From the NCBI GenBank assembly GCA_964535425.1, contig CAZHSZ010000012.1, positions 1 through 23,078 of the forward strand: 23,078 nt of DNA, in the 5' to 3' direction. The translations under genes and the position numbers were made by a program. Origin of the DNA: an uncultured Candidatus Saccharibacteria bacterium (GTDB taxonomy: Bacteria > Patescibacteriota > Minisyncoccia > Phycocordibacterales > Phycocordibacteraceae). The notes beneath the pieces are model-generated. The model was given only the letters and a program-made list of their open reading frames with translations, ran no database searches and was not told the origin of the DNA. Of the stretch, positions 13,325 through 20,669 are shown in pieces (within the stretch, counting starts at the first letter, position 1; each line of letters opens with the position of its first letter).

Positions 13325-14128
13325 ATGAACGAATCTTTCGGAGAAGTGTTTCTTAAGGCGACGAAAACCATGCGCTTTGCGGCAGCATGCGCGCTTAGCG
13401 TCCTCGCCCTTTTCTTGCTCGCGCTTACGATTAACGCTTTTGGCAATCTCGGCCGGTCCGAGAATCCGTACATGAACACCATTACGGTGGAGGGTACGGG
13501 CAAGGCGGCGATGATTCCGAATATCGCGACCATCGATTTCTCCGTTACGGAAAAAGCGGCAACGGTCGCAGAAGCGCAGACGAAGGCTACTGAAAAGACG
13601 AATGCCGCGCTTGCGGCGGTCGACGGTCTTGGCGTCGACAAGAAAGACGTGAAGACCATTGCCTACAACGTCTCTCCGGAATACGAGTACCCGCAGCCCT
13701 GCTACAACGGCATGTGCGCAGGCGTGCAGAATCCGAAGATTACCGGTTACCAGGTATCCCAGACGGTGGAAGTGAAGGTTCGCGATACCGCAAAGGCGGG
13801 CGATGTGCTCCAGGCGCTCGGCACACTGAACGTTCAGAACATTTCCGGTCCGAACTTCACCGTGGATGAGGACGACGCTATCCGCAACGATGCGCGCAAG
13901 GAGGCAATCGACAACGCGAAGGCGAAGGCGAAGGCGCTCGCGGCCCAGCTCGGGGTCGGTCTTGGGAAAGTCGTTTCCTTCTCGGAAAACACGGGCGGCT
14001 ACCCGATGTACGACATGTACGCGAAGGGAGGCATGGCCATGGAGGCAGCTACTGCTCCGGCTCCTTCACTCCCGACGGGAGAGCATGAGACGAGCGTGAC
14101 CGTGATGATTACCTACGAAATTCGCTAA
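13325..14128 (+). CDS. SIMPL-domain (DUF541 / BP26-like) secreted protein
   Basis: 267 aa with a signal-anchor helix. ITVEGTGKAAMIPNIATIDFSVTEKAATVAEAQ is typical of SIMPL family proteins. Confidence 0.75.
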   Translation: MNESFGEVFLKATKTMRFAAACALSVLALFLLALTINAFGNLGRSENPYMNTITVEGTGKAAMIPNIATIDFSVTEKAATVAEAQTKATEKTNAALAAVDGLGVDKKDVKTIAYNVSPEYEYPQPCYNGMCAGVQNPKITGYQVSQTVEVKVRDTAKAGDVLQALGTLNVQNISGPNFTVDEDDAIRNDARKEAIDNAKAKAKALAAQLGVGLGKVVSFSENTGGYPMYDMYAKGGMAMEAATAPAPSLPTGEHETSVTVMITYEIR

Positions 14129-14137
14129 TCGTACTTC

Positions 14138-14229
14138 CTAAAATCCCCACCTGCTTCGTTACGGGTCCCAGCAATTTCTTCCGTCGTACCCTTGTACGCC
14201 TGCAGAAATTGCTTTCCCGTGCCTCGCAT
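14138..14229. repeat. three-stem hairpin repeat, copy X
   Basis: Nested stems lie at 14161-14165/14216-14220, 14170-14179/14204-14213 and 14185-14189/14194-14198. 64 of 71 nt are identical to the reverse complement of 17743-17813. Confidence 0.7.
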
Positions 14230-14254
14230 CTGGATGATTTTAGAAAATACTCTC

Positions 14255-14290
14255 AAAATATGGCCCACTTGGGCCATATTTTGTTTTGTT
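14255..14290 (+). terminator. intrinsic terminator
   Basis: The hairpin aaaatatggccc-actt-gggccatatttt has a 12-bp stem and is followed by gttttgttt. Confidence 0.75.
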
Positions 14291-14326
14291 TGACGAAACG
14301 CCTCTTTCTGGTATGCTTGTCCCTGT

Positions 14327-14347
14327 AAGCGCCCGAAGGGGCGTTTT
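14327..14347 (+). terminator. small terminator-like hairpin immediately upstream of secE
   Basis: The hairpin aagcgccc-gaag-gggcgttt is followed by t. An alternative 5' partner, aaacgcc, lies at 14296-14302. Confidence 0.4.
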
Positions 14348-14361
14348 AAAATACTCCTCTT

Positions 14362-14547
14362 ATGAAATCCCTCATCTCGTATTTGAAGAACGTTCGCGGA
14401 GAATTCCAGCACATCGTCTGGCCGAAGCCCCGTGTCGCACTCGCGCACACGCTCTTGATCATACTTATTTCCGCAGTCATCGCCGTATTCATTGGTCTTC
14501 TCGACTACGCGCTTACGAGCATTGTCGGATTCCTTATCGCACAATAA
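14362..14547 (+). CDS. secE: preprotein translocase subunit SecE
   Basis: 61 aa. The motif EFQHIVWPKPRVALAHTLLIILISAVIAVFIGLLD and its position upstream of nusG support the call. Confidence 0.85.
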   Translation: MKSLISYLKNVRGEFQHIVWPKPRVALAHTLLIILISAVIAVFIGLLDYALTSIVGFLIAQ

Positions 14548-14549
14548 TT

Positions 14550-15119
14550 ATGGACACTCGTACTGCACCCCAGTTCAACGAAGAAGCCGCAAACAGCGAA
14601 CCGCGCTGGTACACCATCCATACCTATGCCGGGTATGAAAACGCCGTAGAGCGCAACTTGAAGCAGCGCATTGAGTCTCTTGGCATGGACAAGAAGATTT
14701 TCGAAGTCGTCGTACCGACTGAGAAGAAGGTCCGCGTGAAGGGAGGGAAGCGCGTCGTCGAGGAAGAGAAGATTTACCCGGGCTACATCCTCGTGAAGAT
14801 GATTGTGGATGAAGATTCTTGGTTCGTCGTCCGCAACACGCCGCGCGTCACCGGCTTTGTGGGTTCCGGTACCACGCCGGTCCCAATGGAAGAGAGCGAA
14901 GTCTCGACGCTTATGAAGCGCATGGGCGCTGAGGCACCGAAGCACCGCATCGACCTCACCAAGGACGACGCCGTCATCATCAATGATGGCCCGTTCAAGG
15001 ACCTTGAGGGTAAGGTGGGTGAAATCGATGAGGACCGCGGAAAGGTCAAAGTCCTCGTCGCCATGTTCGGCCGCGAAACCCCGGTAGAGCTTGATTTCTT
15101 GCAGATTCGTAAAATCTAA
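14550..15119 (+). CDS. nusG: transcription termination/antitermination factor NusG
   Basis: 189 aa with the NGN motif RWYTIHTYAGYENAV and a C-terminal KOW (INDGPFKDLEGKVGEIDEDRGKVKVLV). Confidence 0.9.
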   Translation: MDTRTAPQFNEEAANSEPRWYTIHTYAGYENAVERNLKQRIESLGMDKKIFEVVVPTEKKVRVKGGKRVVEEEKIYPGYILVKMIVDEDSWFVVRNTPRVTGFVGSGTTPVPMEESEVSTLMKRMGAEAPKHRIDLTKDDAVIINDGPFKDLEGKVGEIDEDRGKVKVLVAMFGRETPVELDFLQIRKI

Positions 15120-15142
15120 CGTAGATTCTTAATCACACTCAT

Positions 15143-15568
15143 ATGGCTAAAGTAGTAAAACTCATCAAGCTCCAGATTCCCGCAGGAAAGGCGACTCCTG
15201 CGCCTCCGGTCGGTACCGTACTCGGTCCCGCAGGCGTTAACATCGGCGACTTCGTAAACAAGTTCAACGAGGCGACCCGCGACAAGATGGGCGACATCAT
15301 CCCAGTCGACCTCTCCGTCTACGAAGACCGTACGTTTACCTTTGTCCTCAAAACCCCTCCGGCATCCCGCCTTATCCTGAAGAAGCTCGGTCTCGAGAAG
15401 GCTTCCCAGAAGCCGGGCTCGAAGTCAGCGGGCACCATTACGAAGGCTCAGGTGCGGGAAATCGCAGAACAGAAGATGCCTGACCTTTCCGCAGGCTCTC
15501 CTGAAGCGGCAGACCGCATCATCGAAGGCACTGCTCGCTCGATGGGCATTCAAGTTAAGGGGAACTAA
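15143..15568 (+). CDS. rplK: 50S ribosomal protein L11
   Basis: 141 aa. [26 protein letters not shown] is the canonical L11 N-terminus. Confidence 0.95.
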   Translation: MAKVVKLIKLQIPAGKATPAPPVGTVLGPAGVNIGDFVNKFNEATRDKMGDIIPVDLSVYEDRTFTFVLKTPPASRLILKKLGLEKASQKPGSKSAGTITKAQVREIAEQKMPDLSAGSPEAADRIIEGTARSMGIQVKGN

Positions 15569-15587
15569 AAACTCGGAACGAGTTTTT
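15567..15587 (+). terminator. terminator after rplK
   Basis: The hairpin aaaaactcg-gaa-cgagttttt overlaps the stop codon. Confidence 0.65.
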
Positions 15588-15603
15588 AGTGGACACTTAT
15601 GCA

Positions 15604-15636
15604 TGATTTTTGCGTGAGCTCTCTTCGCAAAAATCA
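15604..15636. other. orphan 11-bp inverted repeat
   Basis: The hairpin is tgatttttgcg-tgagctctctt-cgcaaaaatca. Neither strand has a T tail. Confidence 0.5.
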
Positions 15637-15663
15637 GGCCAAATAACATTCTCTCAAAGAGTA

Positions 15664-15697
15664 AAAACAAAACCCCGCGAAAGCGGGGTTTTGTTTT
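15664..15697. terminator. terminator after folA, bidirectional
   Basis: The hairpin aaaacaaaaccccgc-gaaa-gcggggttttgtttt has a perfect 15-bp stem with a GAAA loop. It overlaps the folA stop codon. Confidence 0.85.
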
Positions 15698-16193
15698 ACG
15701 GTCGCTCAAGCGTTACGTACTCGAAGGGTGGAGTATGTTCCGGATGCGATTCGTGCTCTACGACTTTCGTAAACTCCGGATACTCGGGGAAGTGGACGTC
15801 GCCTTCGCTCTCGTCATCCACGAGCGTGAGGCAGAGACGGTCGGTATGGGGAAGTGCGTCTTTGAATATCCCGCTTCCGCCGATGATGAATATCTCATCG
15901 TTTCCCGGCGCTTCCTTCGCTTTGGCAATTGCGTCCTCAACCGAAGTCACAACAATCGCGCCTGGCGCGTCGTAGTCTGCGTTCCTGCTCACGACGATAT
16001 TCGTGCGTTTCGGGAGCGGGCGGCGCTCGGCAGGCAGCGACTCCCAGGTCTTCCGTCCCATGATGATGGGATGCTCGCGCGTCATATTCCGGAAGCGTTC
16101 AAGATCGGCAGGGATGTCCCATACCAAATCATTGTCCTTGCCGAGGACGCGAGTCGTTTTGCCGATGGCGGCGATAGCGGAAATGCGATGCAT
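15696..16193 (-). CDS. folA: dihydrofolate reductase
   Basis: 165 aa from ATG 16193, with ISAIAAIGKTTRVLGKDNDLVWDIPADLERFRNMT, IIMGRKTWESLP and IFIIGGSGIF. Confidence 0.9.
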   Translation of the reverse strand: MHRISAIAAIGKTTRVLGKDNDLVWDIPADLERFRNMTREHPIIMGRKTWESLPAERRPLPKRTNIVVSRNADYDAPGAIVVTSVEDAIAKAKEAPGNDEIFIIGGSGIFKDALPHTDRLCLTLVDDESEGDVHFPEYPEFTKVVEHESHPEHTPPFEYVTLERP

Positions 16194-16194
16194 A

Positions 16195-16536
16195 TTATCG
16201 AAGAAGATAGATGCCAGCGAGTATAAGGACAATTCCTAAAATCCGCACCAGGCTTACGGCGCCTCCAAGAAATACCGCCGAATACACGAATGAAGTTATG
16301 ACTCCGAGCGCTATGGCTGCCGGTACGGCGAATTTCGTCCACCCGAAACCTGAAAAAACGGCCATCGAAAAGAATATATTTCCTACGATAAGAATCAGGA
16401 TGGGGACTGGCCTCACTGCAGAAAGCGCCGCCTGCAAAAGAGTGGCGCTACCTCCTCCCGTAATTTGCGCGAAAAAAGAGATGCACGTATACGCGAGTAC
16501 GCTGAAAATCGCGAATAGTCCGGCGCTTGCAATCAT
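16195..16536 (-). CDS. small 4-TM membrane protein, SMR / half-EamA-like
   Basis: 113 aa and very hydrophobic. It is wedged between the 5-FCL and folA genes, with an ATGA overlap upstream and a 1-nt gap downstream. Confidence 0.6.
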   Translation of the reverse strand: MIASAGLFAIFSVLAYTCISFFAQITGGGSATLLQAALSAVRPVPILILIVGNIFFSMAVFSGFGWTKFAVPAAIALGVITSFVYSAVFLGGAVSLVRILGIVLILAGIYLLR

Positions 16537-16982
16537 AGGGCCATACTAGCAGATGGGGTAATCACGGTAAGTCCTTGGGGTCGTACGACACAGACTGCGT
16601 CCATCTCTTGGTCCCATGATTCGCGGACGAGCGGGGTAGTGGAAAACTGCCGTTCATAGCAGAAGCCTATACGTAGCCAGGTACGCGGCACGAGCGCGAG
16701 GAACCGGTCGTACCAGCCGCCGCCTTGGCCGTGGCGGGTACCGGAAGCATCAAAGGAGCGCCCCGGGATAAGTATGGCGGCCTTCCGGTCCCCAATAGCC
16801 GCTATCGCTTTTCGCGCTTCTTCCGCGGGATCAAGAGAAGCGCGCGGAGCGATTTCAAACGCAACGCTTGTTTCGGGTATATGCACGTAGTCGCGGAAGG
16901 GGACTTCCGTCCGGAGCGGCACGTACGTAATAAAGGCGCCATACGGCGCCAGTAGTTCTTCTATTTTGCTTTCTTGTGCCAC
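16533..16982 (-). CDS. 5-formyltetrahydrofolate cyclo-ligase family protein, short form
   Basis: 149 aa. ILIPGRSFDASGTRHGQGGGWYDRFL matches the 5-FCL G.G.GyYDR motif. It overlaps the dcd 3' end by 22 nt. Confidence 0.7.
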   Translation of the reverse strand: MAQESKIEELLAPYGAFITYVPLRTEVPFRDYVHIPETSVAFEIAPRASLDPAEEARKAIAAIGDRKAAILIPGRSFDASGTRHGQGGGWYDRFLALVPRTWLRIGFCYERQFSTTPLVRESWDQEMDAVCVVRPQGLTVITPSASMAL

Positions 16983-17665
16983 GGCTGTTTTTTCTTTGTG
17001 TCACGGTCCGTGTAGAGGCGGGGAAGCATGCTTTCTGGCTTCCAGTGTTTCGCAAGCGCCTTTACGTCGGTCGAGGATGCGTACTTTCCGCTTGCGGCGT
17101 AGTCCTTGCCCTCGATAGGGCCGGTCTCGAAGAAGATTATCTGCGCGATGCGGCGGCCGACGACAAGCGGGATAATGTAGTTCTTGGAATTGTTCGTGAT
17201 TTCCATCGTCCAGCGGTTGATGTAGCCCACGTCGCCCCAGCCGGCGCATTTGCAGACCTCGATGAAGTTTCGGCCGAGCGAGCTGCGCGCTTTCATCATA
17301 GTCGTGATGTGGTCTTTGCCGCCGATGAACTCGTTCGTGTGCGCGAGTATGGTTTCGCCGGGGCGAAGCACGACGACTTTATCGTCAGGGCGTATGCCGC
17401 CGGTCCAATCAAAGTTGTATTTCTTAAAGGCCTCTTTTGCGGATACGGCGCGCTCCACCTTGTCCGCACCCCAGACGTGCTCCATATGCTCCTGGTTCCA
17501 GATGTTATAGAGGGAGTGGTTGTATTTGGGCGGTTGTTCGCGGAAGAAATATTCGCCGAGCGTCACGTCGTAGCTACTGGTGGCGAGCTGGGAGCGGTCG
17601 AACGGGAAAATGACAATGTCGCCCTTCTTCATTTCTTCGAGGATGCGTTTGTCGGAAAGTGCCAT
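16961..17665 (-). CDS. dcd: dCTP deaminase family protein, long form
   Basis: 234 aa. The N-terminus ALSDKRILEEM and the segments VLRPGETILAHTNEFIG and GWGDVGYINRWTMEITNNS indicate a dCTP deaminase/dUTPase fold. Confidence 0.75.
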   Translation of the reverse strand: MALSDKRILEEMKKGDIVIFPFDRSQLATSSYDVTLGEYFFREQPPKYNHSLYNIWNQEHMEHVWGADKVERAVSAKEAFKKYNFDWTGGIRPDDKVVVLRPGETILAHTNEFIGGKDHITTMMKARSSLGRNFIEVCKCAGWGDVGYINRWTMEITNNSKNYIIPLVVGRRIAQIIFFETGPIEGKDYAASGKYASSTDVKALAKHWKPESMLPRLYTDRDTKKKQPWHKKAK

Positions 17666-17737
17666 AGGAATGTAGCTGTTAGCTTATAGCGAACGGACCA
17701 TAGGGGCAAATCCTAGATCGGAGATAAAAATTCTCAT

Positions 17738-17829
17738 ATACAAGGCACGGGAAAGAAATTTCTGTAGGCGTACAAGTGTACGGTGGAGGAAATTTCTGGG
17801 ACCCGTAACGAAGTAGATGAGATTTTTAG
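17738..17829. repeat. three-stem hairpin repeat, copy Y, inverted relative to X
   Basis: The reverse complement of 17743-17813 matches 14154-14224 at 64 of 71 nt. The stems are preserved, and one pair changes from C:G to A:T. Confidence 0.7.
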
Positions 17830-17835
17830 CCCGAG

Positions 17836-18669
17836 CTAGACGGCCATTGGGGCCTTAATGGTCGGGTGCGACTCGTAGCCTACAAGCTCGATATCCTCCA
17901 TCTTGAAGCTAAAGATATCCTTCACCTCCGGATTTAGTTTCAGGGTCGGGAAAGGGTAAGGCTCGCGCGCGAGCTGTTCTTTCACGGCGTCGAAATGATT
18001 GTTATAGATGTGCGTGTCGCCAAGCGAATGCACAAACTCGTGCGCGGTAAGTCCGGTCACCTGCGCGACCATATGGAGGAGTAGGGAATAGGAAGCGATG
18101 TTGAAGGGAACGCCGAGGAACATATCGCAGCTCCTTTGATGCATGAAGAGCGAGAGCTTGCCGTCCGCGACAAAGAACTGGAAGAACATGTGGCAGGGCG
18201 GGAGTGCCATCTGGTCGAGCTCGCCCGGATTCCACGCGTTCACGATGATACGTCTGCTCGTAGGCTCTTCCTTGATAAGGCGAATCGCTTCCGCGATTTG
18301 GTCGACGGTGGTGCCGTCCGGTTTCTGCCATGCGCGCCACTGCACGCCGTATACGCGTCCGAGGTCGCCGTCGAACTTCGCTTTTGGCTTCCAGTACGGC
18401 GCTTCTGCGTTTGCGCTCCAAATGGTCTTGTCGCTCCCGTTCAATTCCTTCAATCGATTCTCGTCTCCGCTTCCTTCAAGGAACCAGAGAAGCTCGCTTC
18501 GCACCGCCTTCCACGCAAGCTTCTTCGTGGTGAGCGCCGGGAATCCCTTGCTCATATCGAACCGCATTGTCTGTCCGAAGAGTGCGCGCGTCCCGGTTCC
18601 GGTCCGGTCCGCCCGGTCGACGCCTTCATCCATCACTTTCTGAAGCAGGTCGAGATAGGTTTTTTCCAT
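17836..18669 (-). CDS. thyA: thymidylate synthase ThyA
   Basis: 277 aa from ATG 18669 with [46 protein letters not shown] and GDTHIYNNH. It is nearly collinear with E. coli ThyA as I recall it. Confidence 0.95.
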   Translation of the reverse strand: MEKTYLDLLQKVMDEGVDRADRTGTGTRALFGQTMRFDMSKGFPALTTKKLAWKAVRSELLWFLEGSGDENRLKELNGSDKTIWSANAEAPYWKPKAKFDGDLGRVYGVQWRAWQKPDGTTVDQIAEAIRLIKEEPTSRRIIVNAWNPGELDQMALPPCHMFFQFFVADGKLSLFMHQRSCDMFLGVPFNIASYSLLLHMVAQVTGLTAHEFVHSLGDTHIYNNHFDAVKEQLAREPYPFPTLKLNPEVKDIFSFKMEDIELVGYESHPTIKAPMAV

Positions 18670-18679
18670 AGGTTTCCCG

Positions 18680-18685
18680 TATACT
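18680..18685 (+). promoter_or_regulatory. -10 box TATACT, 7-nt spacer to tmk ATG at 18693; it shares the GTATAC palindrome with the divergent thyA box
   Basis: The plus strand reads cgTATACTaccacccATG. The minus strand reads TAGTATACGggaaacctATG. Confidence 0.45.
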
Positions 18686-18692
18686 ACCACCC

Positions 18693-19379
18693 ATGAATAC
18701 CGGCGCATTTGTGGTTATCGATGGCATCGACGGTTCGGGGAAAGCGACGCAGTCCCGCCTCCTTTCGGAGCGTCTTGGTAAGGAAGGGAAGCAGGTAGAG
18801 AAGATAGATTTCCCGCGCTACGGCACCCCTTTGTTCGGCGAGCTCCTTGGCGAGTGCCTTGCCGGGAAGCATGGGGACTTCCTCCATCTCGACCCGAAAA
18901 TCGCCTCCACGCTCTACGCGCTCGACCGCTATGAAGCATCCGCACAAATCCGTGCATGGCTAAGTGAAGGGAAAGTCGTAATTGCCGACCGCTTCGCAAG
19001 CTCGAACCAGATACACCAGGGCGGAAAAATCATCGACCAGGCAAAACGCGACGCGTTCCTTTCCTGGATAGACAAGATGGAGCACGAGGTGCTGAATGTC
19101 CCACGCCCAAGCGCAGTCGTATATCTGCGCGTACCGGTCGAGAATTCGCTCGAGCTTCTCTCGAAAGAGCGCGAAGCGAAGAACCAGGCACTAAATGGGG
19201 AGGCGCAAGACGTAGTCGAAAAAGACCGCATGTACCTCGAGCGCTCGTTCGAGTCTGCCGAGCGTCTCTCGCAGGGACCCAACTGGAAGACCATACAGTG
19301 CACTGAGGACGGAGCGCTTCGGACACCGGACGCCATCCATGAGGATGTGTATAAGGCGGTTTCAGCGCTGCTTGTATAA
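18693..19379 (+). CDS. tmk: thymidylate kinase
   Basis: 228 aa with the P-loop [14 protein letters not shown], and [12 protein letters not shown]. Confidence 0.85.
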   Translation: MNTGAFVVIDGIDGSGKATQSRLLSERLGKEGKQVEKIDFPRYGTPLFGELLGECLAGKHGDFLHLDPKIASTLYALDRYEASAQIRAWLSEGKVVIADRFASSNQIHQGGKIIDQAKRDAFLSWIDKMEHEVLNVPRPSAVVYLRVPVENSLELLSKEREAKNQALNGEAQDVVEKDRMYLERSFESAERLSQGPNWKTIQCTEDGALRTPDAIHEDVYKAVSALLV

Positions 19380-19380
19380 T
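19375..19380 (+). promoter_or_regulatory. -10 box TATAAT, 6-nt spacer to glyA ATG at 19387
   Basis: The sequence reads ttgTATAATcgaattATG. The box overlaps the tmk stop codon. Confidence 0.4.
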
Positions 19381-19386
19381 CGAATT

Positions 19387-20646
19387 ATGTACGACTACAT
19401 CGAAGCGCAGGACAAGGAAGTGTTCGACGCGATAGAAGGGGAGGAACAGCGCGAGCGCACTGGCATTGAGCTCATACCGAGCGAAAACTACGTATCGCTT
19501 GCGGTTCGCGAAGCGCTCTCTTCAGTGCTTACGAACAAGTACGCGGAAGGCTATCCGGGCAAGCGCTACTACGGCGGACAAACCTACACCGACATCGTCG
19601 AGGACCTGGCGCGCGAACGCGCGAAGAAACTCTTCGGCGCTAAGTACGCGAACGTACAGCCGCACGCGGGCGCTCCGGCGAACGTTGGTATGTACTTCGC
19701 GCTCCTTGAGCCGGGCGACACCATCATGGGTATGGATCTTTCGCACGGCGGCCACCTCACGCACGGCCACCCGGTGACCTATCTCACCAAGATTTTCAAT
19801 TTCATCCGGTACAAGATGAAGAACGTCGATACCGGAGAAATCGACTACGACGAAATGCTCGCGGTCGCCAAGGAGCACAAGCCGAAGATTCTCCTTGCCG
19901 GCTACTCCGCGTATCCGCGCGAACTCGACTACCAGAAGTTCGTCGACATTGCACGTGAAGTAGGCGCCATTCCGGTGATGGACGTCGCGCATATCGCAGG
20001 CCTTATCGCAGGGAAGGCCGTGAAGAATCCGTTTGACTACGGGTTCGACATCATGACGACCACTACCCACAAGACGCTCCGGGGCCCTCGCGGTGGCATG
20101 ATTCTGACGCGTGAGAACGAAGAGCTCGCGAAGAAGATAGACAAGTCCATTTTCCCAGGCCTCCAGGGCGGACCGTTGATGAACACGATTGCGGCGAAGG
20201 CGGTCTGCTTCAAGGAAGCGCTCGACCCGTCTTTTGAAACGTATGCGAAGAACGTGATTACGAATGCGAAAGCCATGGCGGACGTATTCCTTGCTGACGG
20301 CGCTCGCCTCATCACGGGCGGAACGAGTAATCACCTCGTACTTGCGGACGTATGGACGTCCTACCAGATTTCAGGTGGCGACGCCGAGAAGCTTCTCGAC
20401 GAAGCAGGTATCACGCTGAATAAGAACTCAATTGCGGATGATACGCGTAAGCCGATGGACCCGTCCGGCATCCGCTTCGGCACTCCGGCTATCACCACGC
20501 GCGGTTTCAATGAGAAAGACTGTACACGCGTAGCTGAATTGATGATTGAGGTATTGAAAAAGCGCGACGAGGTAACGGTAGGAAAGGCGAAGAAGGAGAT
20601 TGCGGACTTGTCAGGACGCCACCCGGTACCCGAGTCCTTTATCTAA
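19387..20646 (+). CDS. glyA: serine hydroxymethyltransferase
   Basis: 419 aa with ELIPSENY, GYPGKRYYGG and TTTTHKTLRGPRGG (the PLP lysine motif). Confidence 0.95.
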   Translation: MYDYIEAQDKEVFDAIEGEEQRERTGIELIPSENYVSLAVREALSSVLTNKYAEGYPGKRYYGGQTYTDIVEDLARERAKKLFGAKYANVQPHAGAPANVGMYFALLEPGDTIMGMDLSHGGHLTHGHPVTYLTKIFNFIRYKMKNVDTGEIDYDEMLAVAKEHKPKILLAGYSAYPRELDYQKFVDIAREVGAIPVMDVAHIAGLIAGKAVKNPFDYGFDIMTTTTHKTLRGPRGGMILTRENEELAKKIDKSIFPGLQGGPLMNTIAAKAVCFKEALDPSFETYAKNVITNAKAMADVFLADGARLITGGTSNHLVLADVWTSYQISGGDAEKLLDEAGITLNKNSIADDTRKPMDPSGIRFGTPAITTRGFNEKDCTRVAELMIEVLKKRDEVTVGKAKKEIADLSGRHPVPESFI

Positions 20647-20656
20647 GCCGATTTGC

Positions 20657-20662
20657 TAGTAT
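20657..20662 (+). promoter_or_regulatory. -10-like box TAGTAT, 7-nt spacer to argS ATG at 20670
   Basis: The sequence reads gcTAGTATaggggcaATG. Confidence 0.35.
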
Positions 20663-20669
20663 AGGGGCA

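Noticed and set aside
14138-14229. The X/Y hairpin as a folate (THF) or ZTP riboswitch, considered because copy Y lies upstream of dcd, 5-FCL and folA
   Set aside because: I do not see the conserved ZTP/pfl or THF motif sequences I remember. The other copy sits upstream of secE-nusG, which has no metabolic link. A repeat or processing element is the more economical explanation.
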